This document shows, piece after piece, positions 1 to 9,300 of a DNA stretch of 64,000 nucleotides. The stretch is taken from NCBI GenBank assembly GCA_964016885.1, contig OZ024741.1, positions 341,930,001-341,994,000 on the forward strand, read 5' to 3'. The translations under genes and the position numbers were made by a program. How positions within the stretch are numbered: position 1 is the first letter of the stretch; each line of letters opens with the position of its first letter. Below the pieces are notes generated by a model that saw only the letters and a list, made by a program, of their open reading frames with translations, did not search any database and had not been told where the DNA came from. The stretch is from Eledone cirrhosa (lineage: Eukaryota).

Positions 1-93
1 ATCTATGGAATACTCAACCATTTTCACTCTAATAGAAGGCAGAATGTATGTGTAATTCGAAAACAGCCAACCATGTCACACACAGATAGATGT

Positions 94-165
94 CCCCTCT
101 ATAGATACATATATGTGTCCACCAACAGAAATCTCCTCTATACATAGATATATGTACCCACCAAC
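94..165. repeat. degenerate ~39-bp tandem duplication
   Basis: cccctctatagatacatatatgtgtccaccaac (94-126) is followed by ctcctctatacatagatatatgtacccaccaac (133-165). Confidence 0.6.
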
Positions 166-190
166 CAATGTCCACTTTGTACCTTTATAT

Positions 191-410
191 AAAGTACCAA
201 GTCCACACTGAAAAGTGGTCATGTAGGTGTTACAACAAAAAGCACCCAGTCCACACTATTGAGTGGTCATGTAGATGTCACAACAAAAAGCACCCAGTGC
301 ACACTGTAAAGTGGTTGTGTAGGAGACATGGTAAAAAGCACCCAGCACACACTGTAAAGTGGTCGTGTAGGAGACATGGTAAAAAGCACCCAGCACACAC
401 TGTAAATGTG
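191..410 (+). repeat. 48-bp minisatellite inside SINE-like copy 1 (~4.5-5 units)
   Basis: aaaaagcacccag recurs at 237, 285, 333 and 381 (period 48). This explains the 16-aa KKHPxHTVKWSCRxxx periodicity of ORF 168..440. Confidence 0.92.
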
Positions 411-561
411 GTTGGCATTAGGAAGGGCATCCAACTGTAGAAAACCAGCCAGAAACAGTCCTATGCGAGCGAGACAACTTGCCTCAAGTGGGACAAACCC
501 ATCTAATCCATGCTAGCGTGGAAGATAAACGTTAAACAATGATGATGATGATGATGATGAT
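191..561 (+). mobile_element. SINE-like element with (GAT)n tail, copy 1, carrying ~5 internal 48-bp units
   Basis: Conserved block ggttggcattaggaagggcatccaactgtagaaaac (410-445) and 3' end ccatgctagcgtggaagataaacgttaaacaat followed by (gat)7. It is paralogous to 656-912. A short-repeat 3' tail is typical of non-LTR retroposons. No tRNA-like head is visible, so it is 5'-truncated or rearranged. Confidence 0.75.
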
Positions 562-655
562 ATCCCTATCCTCCCACTCCCACCAACACCACCCTCTCTC
601 TGTAAAGTTGGTACCACAACATCCAGTCCAAATAAATGAAATAATGAGATCGAGA

Positions 656-912
656 TCGTGTAGGTGTCATGACAAAAACACACAGTCCACGCTGTAATGT
701 GGCCGTGTAGGTAACACGGTAAAAGTTCCCAGTTCCACACTGTAAATGTAGTTGGTGTTAGGAAGGGCATCCAGCCGTAGAAAACCTGCCAGACATTCCT
801 ATATGAGCGAGACACGGTCACCCAACCAACCTTTCCTCAAGTGGGACAACTCCCGTCTAACCCATGCTAGCGTGGAAGATGGATGTTAAATGAAGATGAT
901 CATGATCATGAT
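656..912 (+). mobile_element. SINE-like element, copy 2, with 2 internal units
   Basis: Two units (gtgtaggtgtcatgacaaaaacacacagtccacgctgtaatgtggcc and gtgtaggtaacacggtaaaagttcccagttccacactgtaaatgta). These are followed by gttggtgttaggaagggcatccagccgtagaaaac, cctcaagtgggacaa, ccatgctagcgtggaagat and a degenerate GAT tail, all shared with copy 1. Confidence 0.75.
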
Positions 913-1146
913 ACCCACCAACAGTTGTTCACCATCTGTGCCATATATATGTACCAAACTATTGTTATGTAGCTCTAAGTCAGCTCTGACCAAGCAGCAT
1001 TACCATGACACAGGTAACTGTATTCAATGGCAAAATCTAAGTCATGTGACAATATGTTGTTGGCAAGACAGGTGCTACCATTAGGCCAATTAGGCAGCCA
1101 CAGATCTAAGAGAAGCTCACCTCAGAGAGGCAGATCTGAGAAGGGT

Positions 1147-1272
1147 AGACATCAGAGAGAGAGTCAGACATCAGAGAGAGAGTCAGACATCAGAGAGAGA
1201 GTCAGACATCAGAGAGAGTCAGACATCAGAGAGAGTCAGTCATTAGAGAGAATCAGTAATCAGAGAGGTAGA
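1147..1272. repeat. 17-19-bp minisatellite (gacatcagagagagagtca)n
   Basis: gacatc at 1148, 1167, 1186, 1205 and 1222, then decaying copies. Length varies with the internal (GA)n count. Confidence 0.9.
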
Positions 1273-1750
1273 CATTGCAGAGCTAGCCTAGGATGCTAAT
1301 TTCGCAGGAACACAATGCAGGACTATCCTAGGGTGAAAAATACTAATGTATACATATTAGAGGTAGTCTAACACCCAAACACACATTGTAGAACTACCCT
1401 ATGGTGCTAAATACCCAAACATACAATGTATGGGTTCCCTATGACACTAAATACCCAAACACACATTGTAGGGCTACCCAACTGTGCTTAATAATCAAGC
1501 TCTCATTAATAATCAAGCTCTCATTGTAGCTAGGGGGCTAAATACACAGAAACACATTGATGGAATAGCCTAGAGTGATAAATACTCAAACAGACATTGT
1601 AGGGCTAACCTAGAGCAATAAATACCCAGGAATACACAGTATGACTAACCTAGGGCTCTAAATACCCAGGCACATATTGTAGGGATAACCTAGGGTGCTG
1701 GGTATTTAGTGCCCTAGGTCAGTCTTATTCTGTATGTCTGGGTATTTATT
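1270..1750. repeat. degenerate ~40-bp minisatellite (acacattgtagggctaccctagggtgctaaatacccaaac-like) ending in an inverted segment
   Basis: acattgtag, cctag and aaataccca motifs recur at ~40-bp spacing. There is an internal 18-bp duplication (ttaataatcaagctctca x2, ~1488-1523). Segment 1698-1750 is in reverse orientation. Confidence 0.8.
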
Positions 1751-1917
1751 ACAACTCTATAAACCATATATATTCGAAATATACACCATATGTACATTTT
1801 ATATTCCCTATACATACACTTTATGCACACATTATATACATACAATATATACACTATATCTGTTGTCAAAGGGAAAGGCAAAAAACTGATACAGCTTAAC
1901 ACTAGTGTTGTCACAAC

Positions 1918-2060
1918 TCATATTTTCCAGCTGAGTCGACTGAAGTAGTATGAAATACAATATCTTGCTCAAGAACATAATACATCATATGGTCCAGAAA
2001 TCCAATTCAGAAACTTACAATTGTGATCAACATCATAACCACTAAGTTACACATCTTCAC
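1918..2060 (-). mobile_element. decayed tRNA-derived SINE 5' part (CORE-like)
   Basis: Minus strand reads gtgaagatgtgTAACTTAGTGGtta (A-box-like), then a degenerate B-box region, then tgttcttgagcaaga...ttcagtcgactcagctgg, resembling a CORE-SINE segment. Paralogous to 28170-28286. Confidence 0.6.
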
Positions 2061-2211
2061 AAATCACTCTCTACTATCTTGACACAAAAGGGATGAACAC
2101 CTTACATACTGTAGAACTGTTTGAAAATGAGACGAGTAGTCATGGCTAGAATACCTTTCATCATAGATCTATTTGATCAGAGCTGACCTGGAGTTAAACA
2201 ACAACAACAAC
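2061..2211 (+). mobile_element. 3' end of a retroposon with (CAA)n tail
   Basis: Ends ...ttgatcagagctgacctggagttaaacaacaacaacaac. The short-repeat tail is typical of SINE/LINE 3' ends. The family is not assigned. Confidence 0.45.
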
Positions 2212-2213
2212 TT

Positions 2214-2498
2214 AAGGGAATCTCCAAGTACCTGTCGCTCTCCAACAGGTTTGCGGTCATGCCCTTGGCAGTGGAGACTTCTGGTGTCCTTGGCCCTAGG
2301 GCTACCTCCCTACTTACCACCATAGGCACTGAGCTGGCCAGCCACAGGTGTGAGCCTCGCCAGATGCAATGGCTCTTCCAGCGCATCTCCCTTACCATCA
2401 TCTGGGGAAACACTTTCTCCATTCTGTCTGCCGGGGCTGTGGGGCAGCCAGCACATGCGACCCCATCTACTCATATTACAGAGAGATGGGGAGGGTGA
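2214..2498 (+). mobile_element. fragment of a CRE-clade-like non-LTR retrotransposon, C-terminal restriction-like endonuclease region
   Basis: The frame of ORF 2259..2498 extended upstream reads KGISKYLSLSNRFAVMPLAVETSGVLGPRATSLLTTIGTELASHRCEPRQMQWLFQRISLTIIWGNTFSIL. This fits the K..KY...F.P.A.ET.G.WG...L.QR.S.AI..GN pattern of RLE-type elements. GC content is locally elevated. Confidence 0.75.
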
Positions 2499-2690
2499 GA
2501 GAAATGGAGGCCGATGACAGTGGGAGTTTGGCTCTTCCGTGTTCAGACACATTGGTAAGCACTTGGAATTTGTTTCTGGTTGCCCATCAACTGGTGACTA
2601 GCAAAGTTAGCTTTTGTATATAGATTTTAGGAGAGAGCTTCTACTTGTTAAAAATAGCAGTTAGATTATCTCAAATAACAAAATACTATC

Positions 2691-2764
2691 TTAAACCTTT
2701 TCTTACTAACCCGACCAAAACTGGCTTTGGTTCGATGATGCAAAATCACACATTTGAAAGGGTT
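2691..2764. mobile_element. internally deleted mini-MITE (TTAA-CCCTT-type ends)
   Basis: Starts ttaaaccttttcttactaacccgaccaaaactggc and ends gaaagggtt. The left part resembles 2774-2830 and the reverse complement of the right end of 28309-28562. Confidence 0.45.
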
Positions 2765-2773
2765 CCTCCTTAT

Positions 2774-3664
2774 TTATCCCTTTTGACACTAACACAGCCA
2801 AAATGAGTCCTGGATCTATGAAACAAAGCCTTCTTCTTCTTCTTTGCCCACATATTCCTGAAAGGGCCATGGGGACAATGTCCTCAAACACTCCTTCCAG
2901 CAGGTCCTGAAAGAAGCAACCATTTCCAACTAATCCGGTTGGATCCCCAAGTGTGACCAGCCAAGCTCATGGATGTTACTCAGGTTCTACCCCTGGGTCT
3001 CTTGCCGGTTGGTCTTGCCCGTAAAATCTGTCCAGCAAGTCTTTCCTGAAACATTCAACTACATGCCCATAATATCAAAGCCATGATCTCTCAATTTGGA
3101 GAAGTAGCAGCTCTACCTGGAGTAACTCTCAAATCTCTGAGCTATGAACTCTATTGAGTAATGTTACTTTGGAGGAACCCCATTTTGGCTGCTTGTATTC
3201 ATGATCGTATTCTTTGGGTATTGCCCAAGATTCGTGACCATAGGTAAAAATTGGCATGAATAACAAATTAAAGATGGCAAGTTTGGCTTTTACACCTACC
3301 TCCTTCCTTCTGATTACCAGATGCTGCAGCTGGCATACTACTGCACCAACAGCAGCAATTCTTGCACTTAATTCAACCTCCTGCCTTCCATTACTCGTGA
3401 ACACTGCCCCAAGATATTTTAACTTCTCCACCAAGATTTTAATTTAAACAGGAACCATTTAAAATAGGTAGAAACAAAGTCTCCCATTTTAAATGGTTCC
3501 TATTCAAATTAAAATCTTCCATCATGATTTATATAGGAACCATATGTTAAGTTACTGTCTTAGTAATAGAACACTTAATAATATTTGTAAATCTCTCAAA
3601 ATTCTTCAATAATTAATTGAAATAGAATGTATTTCATAAGAAATATAGTTGCAAAAGGGTTTAA
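2774..3664. mobile_element. TTAA-ended (piggyBac-like) MITE split by a LINE insertion (MITE parts ~2774-2831 and ~3471-3664)
   Basis: Left end ttatcccttttg and right end caaaagggtttaa are imperfect terminal inverted repeats. atcttccatcatgatttatataggaacc (3514-3541) matches the reverse complement of the interior of the 28309-28562 element. Confidence 0.65.
2830..3434 (-). mobile_element. 5'-truncated, inactivated RTE-clade LINE (Expander/REX3-like), RT C-terminal region and (GAA)n tail
   Basis: VEKLKYLGAVFTSNGRQEVELSARI...KAKLAIFNLLFMPIFTYGHESW carries the KYLG and TYG.E.W motifs. After frameshifts and stops it continues ELLQVELLLLQIERSWL*YYGHV...RARPTGKRPRGR...LGWSHLGI. The tail gaagaagaagaag lies at ~2830-2845 on the minus strand. 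Confidence 0.88.
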
Positions 3665-3857
3665 AAAAGGAATTACACTTTAGACAATGTACCAACTCCA
3701 CTACCATCACCACCATCAACACTGTCATCAACAACAAGTGACTGTGGACAGCTTGTATGACATGAGAATCTATGAAAAACTCTATAGAAATCTTCAACAA
3801 TTATCTACAAAAGAGAAATTGTCAGACATATTGGCAGAAAGGAAGAACTAACCACTT

Positions 3858-4236
3858 CTACCCTCTCTTTCTCTCTCATTTTCACTCCTACGCCACCGTC
3901 ACCATCATTCTCACTGTCCTCTTGCCATCTCATTGTTTTCTCACCACCACCACCCCCTTCAATTTATTCTCTCTCACTCCCTCTCTCTGGTCACCATCTC
4001 TACCACCTCCTTCTCTCTCTCTCTCAATCTTTTGTATCTCCTCCTCCACTCCCACTTCTCTCTCCCTCCCTTTGTTCTCTGTTACCCCCTCTATGTTTTC
4101 TGTCATTCTTTCTCTTTTCTCTCCCTCCATCTGTTCTCTATCGCCTTCCTCTATGTTTTCTGACCTTCTCTCTCTCTCCCTTTGTTCTCTCTCTCTCTCT
4201 GTCTCCTTCTGTTTTCTTTGTCTCACCTTCTCTCCA
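3858..4236. repeat. polypyrimidine (CT-rich) low-complexity tract
   Basis: Nearly continuous C/T runs and (CT)n. It is the source of the Ser/Leu-rich and Glu/Arg-rich spurious ORFs. Confidence 0.9.
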
Positions 4237-4295
4237 ACACCAACTGCCATACATAATCTGCTAAATGACAGTCAATCAATGAATCAATGATTTTG

Positions 4296-4309
4296 TACAT
4301 ATATGTGTA

Positions 4310-4358
<49 letters not shown>

Positions 4359-4758
4359 ACTCACACACAGATATATATATATATATATACACACATATAT
4401 ATACATATATACACATACACACACACACATATATATATGCATACACATATATATATATACATATACACATATATATACATGTACACATATATATATACTT
4501 GTACATATATATATACTTGTAGACATGCATATACATATACACACACATATATACATATACACACACATATACATATACACACACACATATACACACACAC
4601 ACATATACATATACACACACACATATACATATACACACACACATATACAAATACACACACACATATACAAATACATACATATATATATATACATATATAT
4701 AAATACATGCATGCATACATACCAATACATACATATATATACATATACAAATATATAA

Positions 4759-4791
<33 letters not shown>

Positions 4792-4836
4792 CTCACATAT
4801 AAATACATGCATGCATACATACCAATACATAAATAT

Positions 4837-4905
<69 letters not shown>

Positions 4906-5043
4906 TATACACACACACATAAATACATGCATGCATACATACCAATATATACATATATAAATACATATATATATATATACATATAAATACATATACACTC
5001 ACACATACATATATGTGTGAGTATGGATGTATATGTCTGTATG

Positions 5044-5090
<47 letters not shown>

Positions 5091-5127
5091 GTGTGTGTGT
5101 GTGTTTGTCTATGTATATATGTGTGTG

Positions 5128-5187
<60 letters not shown>

Positions 5188-5196
5188 CAAACATAC

Positions 5197-5231
<35 letters not shown>

Positions 5232-5532
5232 TGTATGTTTTTATCTGTTTGTATGTATGTGTATTTATGTATGTGTATATATGTATGTTTATATGTGTGT
5301 ATGTGTATATATGTATGTTTGTATGTGTGTATGTATGTGTATATATGTATGTTTGTATGTGTGTATGTATGTTTATATATTGATTGCATATATGTGTGTA
5401 TGTATGCATGCATATGTGTGTATGTATGTATGTGTATATATGTATGTGTATGTATGAATGTGTATGTATGTGTGTATGTATGTGTATGTATATGTGTGTG
5501 TATGTATATGGGTGTGTGTAGGTATATATGTG
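4296..5532. repeat. compound (TA)n/(CA)n/(TG)n microsatellite, ~1.2 kb
   Basis: Almost uninterrupted purine-pyrimidine alternation with long perfect (TA)n runs (e.g. ~4840-4903). aaatacatgcatgcatacataccaata is repeated at 4701, 4801 and 4921. Confidence 0.97.
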
Positions 5533-5684
5533 TACTGTTAGAAAATGTCTTTCAAGATTAAGTTTATCTCACCTGGGTTAAATGCTTTATTGTAAATTAC
5601 AGTTTATTGGTTTTGTCTAGGTTTTGTTGATCAGGTGGAGATCAAGTATAAAGGACTGGGTAGGTGGGGGAGGAGGCAGGTGCA

Positions 5685-5938
5685 TAGACATACATACATA
5701 CAGACATACATACATACATACAGACATACATATATACATATATACATACATACATACATATAGACATGCATACATAGATACAGACATATATACATACATA
5801 TAGACATGCATACATAGATACAGACATACATACATATAGACATATGCATACATACAAACAGGCAAGCAGGCAGGCGGACAGATGGAGAAACAGACAGACA
5901 GACAAACAAACAGGTAGGCAGGTAGGCAGACAGATATG
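5685..5938. repeat. (CATA)n/(CAGA)n/(CAGG)n tetranucleotide microsatellite
   Basis: catacatacatacagacatacat... grades into caggcaagcaggcagg and cagacagacagac. Confidence 0.92.
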
Positions 5939-6306
5939 TACTCTCAGGTCATAAATAATCGTCCCCCTCGCTTATTAATTTTTCATACTTTTTCCAACCT
6001 GTCCCCTACACCGCTCTTATTCCAACCCACCCTGCTTTTTAAATTTTGCTAATCCATCTAACTTTAAGTGGTTGCATTCCTGCAACAATTAATTTTCTTT
6101 AGACAGTAAAAAAAGCATTCATTATGCATGATAATAAAATGGACATTACAAGAAATCTCATACTTTATGAAATAAATAGGATAGGTTGGGGGTCTCAATA
6201 TGTAAACTAAACAACTATTTCTGGTTTTTAAAAGAATAGGGGAGACAGCCTGCAAAAATTACTGATTTTCCACAGACACCCCGGCTTATTCCACACCCCA
6301 ACCCAG
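5939..6306. mobile_element. possible non-autonomous DNA-transposon fragment inserted in the tetranucleotide tract
   Basis: A ~370-bp non-microsatellite island starting at TA. The GATA/GACA tract resumes after it. It has an internal repeat (ttttcca...cccc...cttattcca.accc.accc at ~5990-6032 and ~6265-6304). A matching right terminal repeat was not found. Confidence 0.35.
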
Positions 6307-6360
6307 GTATGTAGGTAGATAGACAAACAGTAACAGATTGATATAATGGACAAAAGGAAT

Positions 6361-9300
6361 CTCTCCAACAATACTAATGTCACCAACATAAGTCTGTCTA
6401 TCTGTCTAATTATCTCTCCTATAATACTAAAGACACCAATACTTACACTGGCTACCTATCTCTCATATAATACTAAAGACACCAACACTGACACTGTCTA
6501 CCTATCACTCCTATAATACTAAAGACACCAACACAAGTCTGTCTACCTATCACTCGTATAATACTAAAGACACCAATACTGACACTGTCTACCTATCTCT
6601 CCTATAATACTAAAGACACCAACACTGACACTGTCTACCTATCACTCCTATATTACTAAAGAAACCAACACTGACACTGTCTACCTATCACTCCTATAAT
6701 ACTAAAGACACCAATACTTACACTAGCTACCTATTTTTCTCATAATACTAAAGACACTAATACTGACACTGTCTACCTATCACTCCTATAATACTAAAGA
6801 CACCAATACTGACACTGTCTACCTATCACTCTTATAATACTAAAGACACCAATACTGACACTGTCTACCTATCTCTCCTATAATACTAAAGACACTAATA
6901 CTGACACTGTCTACCTATCACTCCTATAATACTAAAGACACCAATACTGACACTGTCTACCTATCACTCTTATAATACTAAAGACACCAACACTGACACT
7001 GTCTACCTGTCACTCCTATAATACTAAAGACACCAATACTGACACTGTCTACCTATCACACCTATAATACTAAAGACACCAATACTGACACTGTCTACCT
7101 ATCACTCCTATAATACTAAAGACACCAATACTGACACTGTCTACCTATCTCTCCTATAATACTAAAGACACCAATACTGACACTGTCTAACTGTCACTCC
7201 TATAATACTAAAGACACCAATACTGACACTATCTACCTATCTCTCCTATAATACTAAAGACACCAATACTGACACTGTCTACCTATCACACCTATAATAC
7301 TAAAGACACCAATACTGACACTGTCTAACTGTCACTCCTATAATACTAAAGACACCAATACTGACACTATCTACCTATCACTCCTATAATACTAAAGACA
7401 CCAATACTGACACTGTCTACCTATCTCTACTATAATACTAAAGACACCAATACTGACACTGTCTACCTATCACTCCTATAATACTAAAGACACCAATACT
7501 GACACTGTCTACCTATCTCTCCTATAATACTAAAGACACCAATACTGACATTGTCTACCTATCTCTACTATAATACTAAAGACACCAATACTGACACTGT
7601 CTACCTATCTCTCCTATAATACTAAAGACACCAATACTGACACTGGTTACCTATCTCTCCTATAATACTAAAGACACCAATACTGACACTGTCTACCTAT
7701 CTCTACTATAATACTAAAGACACCAATACTGACACTGTCTACCTATCACTCCTATAATACTAAAGACACCAATACTGACACTGTCTACCTATCACTCCTA
7801 TAATACTAAAGACACCAACACTGACATTGTCTACCTATCTCTCCTATATTACTAAAGACACCAATACTGACACTGTCTACCTATCTCTCCTATAATAATA
7901 AAGACACCAATACTGACACTGTCTACCTATCTCTCCTATAATACTAAAGACACCAATACTGACACTGTCTACCTATCTCTCCTATAATACTAAAGACACC
8001 AATACTGACACTGTCTACCTATCTCTCCTATAATACTAAAGACACCAATACTGACACTGTCTACCTATCTCTCCTATAATAATAAAGACACCAATACTGA
8101 CACTGTCTACCTATCTCTCCTATAATACTAAAGACACCAATACTGACACTGTCTACCTATCTCTCCTATAATACTAAAGACACCAATACTGACACTGTCT
8201 ACCTATCTCTCCTATAATACTAAAGACACCAATACTGACACTGTCTACCTATCACTCCTATATTACTAAAGACACCAATACTGACACTGTCTACCTATCT
8301 CTCCTATAATAATAAAGACACCAACACTGACATTGTCTACCTATCTCTCCTATAATACTAAAGACACCAATACTGACACTGTCTACCTATCACTGCTATA
8401 ATACTAAAGACACCAATACTGACATTGTCTACCTATCACTCCTATAATACTAAAGACACCAACACTGACATTGTCTACCTATCTCTCCTATAATAATAAA
8501 GACACCAACACTGACACTGTCTACCTATCACTCCTATAATACTAAAGACACCAATACTGACACTGTCTACCTATAACTTCTATAATACTAAAGAAACCAA
8601 CACTGACACTGTCTACCTATCACTCCTATAATACTAAAGACACCAATACTTACACTAGCTACCTATTTTTCTCATAATACTAAAGACACCAATACTGACA
8701 CTGTCTACCTATCTCTCCTATAATACTAAAGACAACAATACTGACACTGTCTACCTATCTCTCCTGTAATACTAAAGACACCAACACTGACACTGTCTAC
8801 CTATCTCTCCTGTAATACTAAAGACACCAATACTGACACTGTCTACCTATCTCTCCTGTAATACTAAAGACACCAACACTGACACTGTCTACCTGTCACT
8901 CCTATAATACTAAAGACACCAATACTGACACTGTCTACCTATCTCTCCTGTAATACTAAAGACACCAACACTGACACTGTCTACCTGTCACTCCTATAAT
9001 ACTAAAGACACCAATACTGACACTGTCTACCTATCTCTCCTGTAATACTAAAGACACCAACACTGACACTGTCTACCTGTCACTCCTATAATACTAAAGA
9101 CACCAACACTGACACTGTCTACCTATCACTCCTATAATACTAAAGACACCAATACTGACACTGTCTACCTATCTCTCCTATAATACTAAAGACACCAATA
9201 CTGACACTGTCTACCTATCACTCCTATAATACTAAAGACACCAATACTGACATTGTCTACCTATCACTCCTATAATACTAAAGACACCAATACTGACACT

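Noticed and set aside
168-440. 90-aa ORF with Cys/His repeats resembling a metal-binding peptide
   Set aside because: It is the translation of the 48-bp tandem unit inside a SINE-like element and is in frame only because 48 is divisible by 3.
1027-1299. RS/RE-rich 90-aa ORF resembling an SR-protein tail
   Set aside because: It is explained by the 17-19-bp GA-rich minisatellite.
1918-2060. tRNA gene
   Set aside because: Only degenerate A/B-box remnants followed by SINE body, with no cloverleaf. The same applies to 28170-28286.
3772-4290. 172-aa Ser/Leu-rich ORF and antisense Glu/Arg-rich ORF
   Set aside because: Both are products of the CT-rich low-complexity tract.
4276-5909. Long YI/CV/HT-rich ORFs up to 240 aa
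   Set aside because: Dinucleotide and tetranucleotide microsatellites lack stop codons in most frames.
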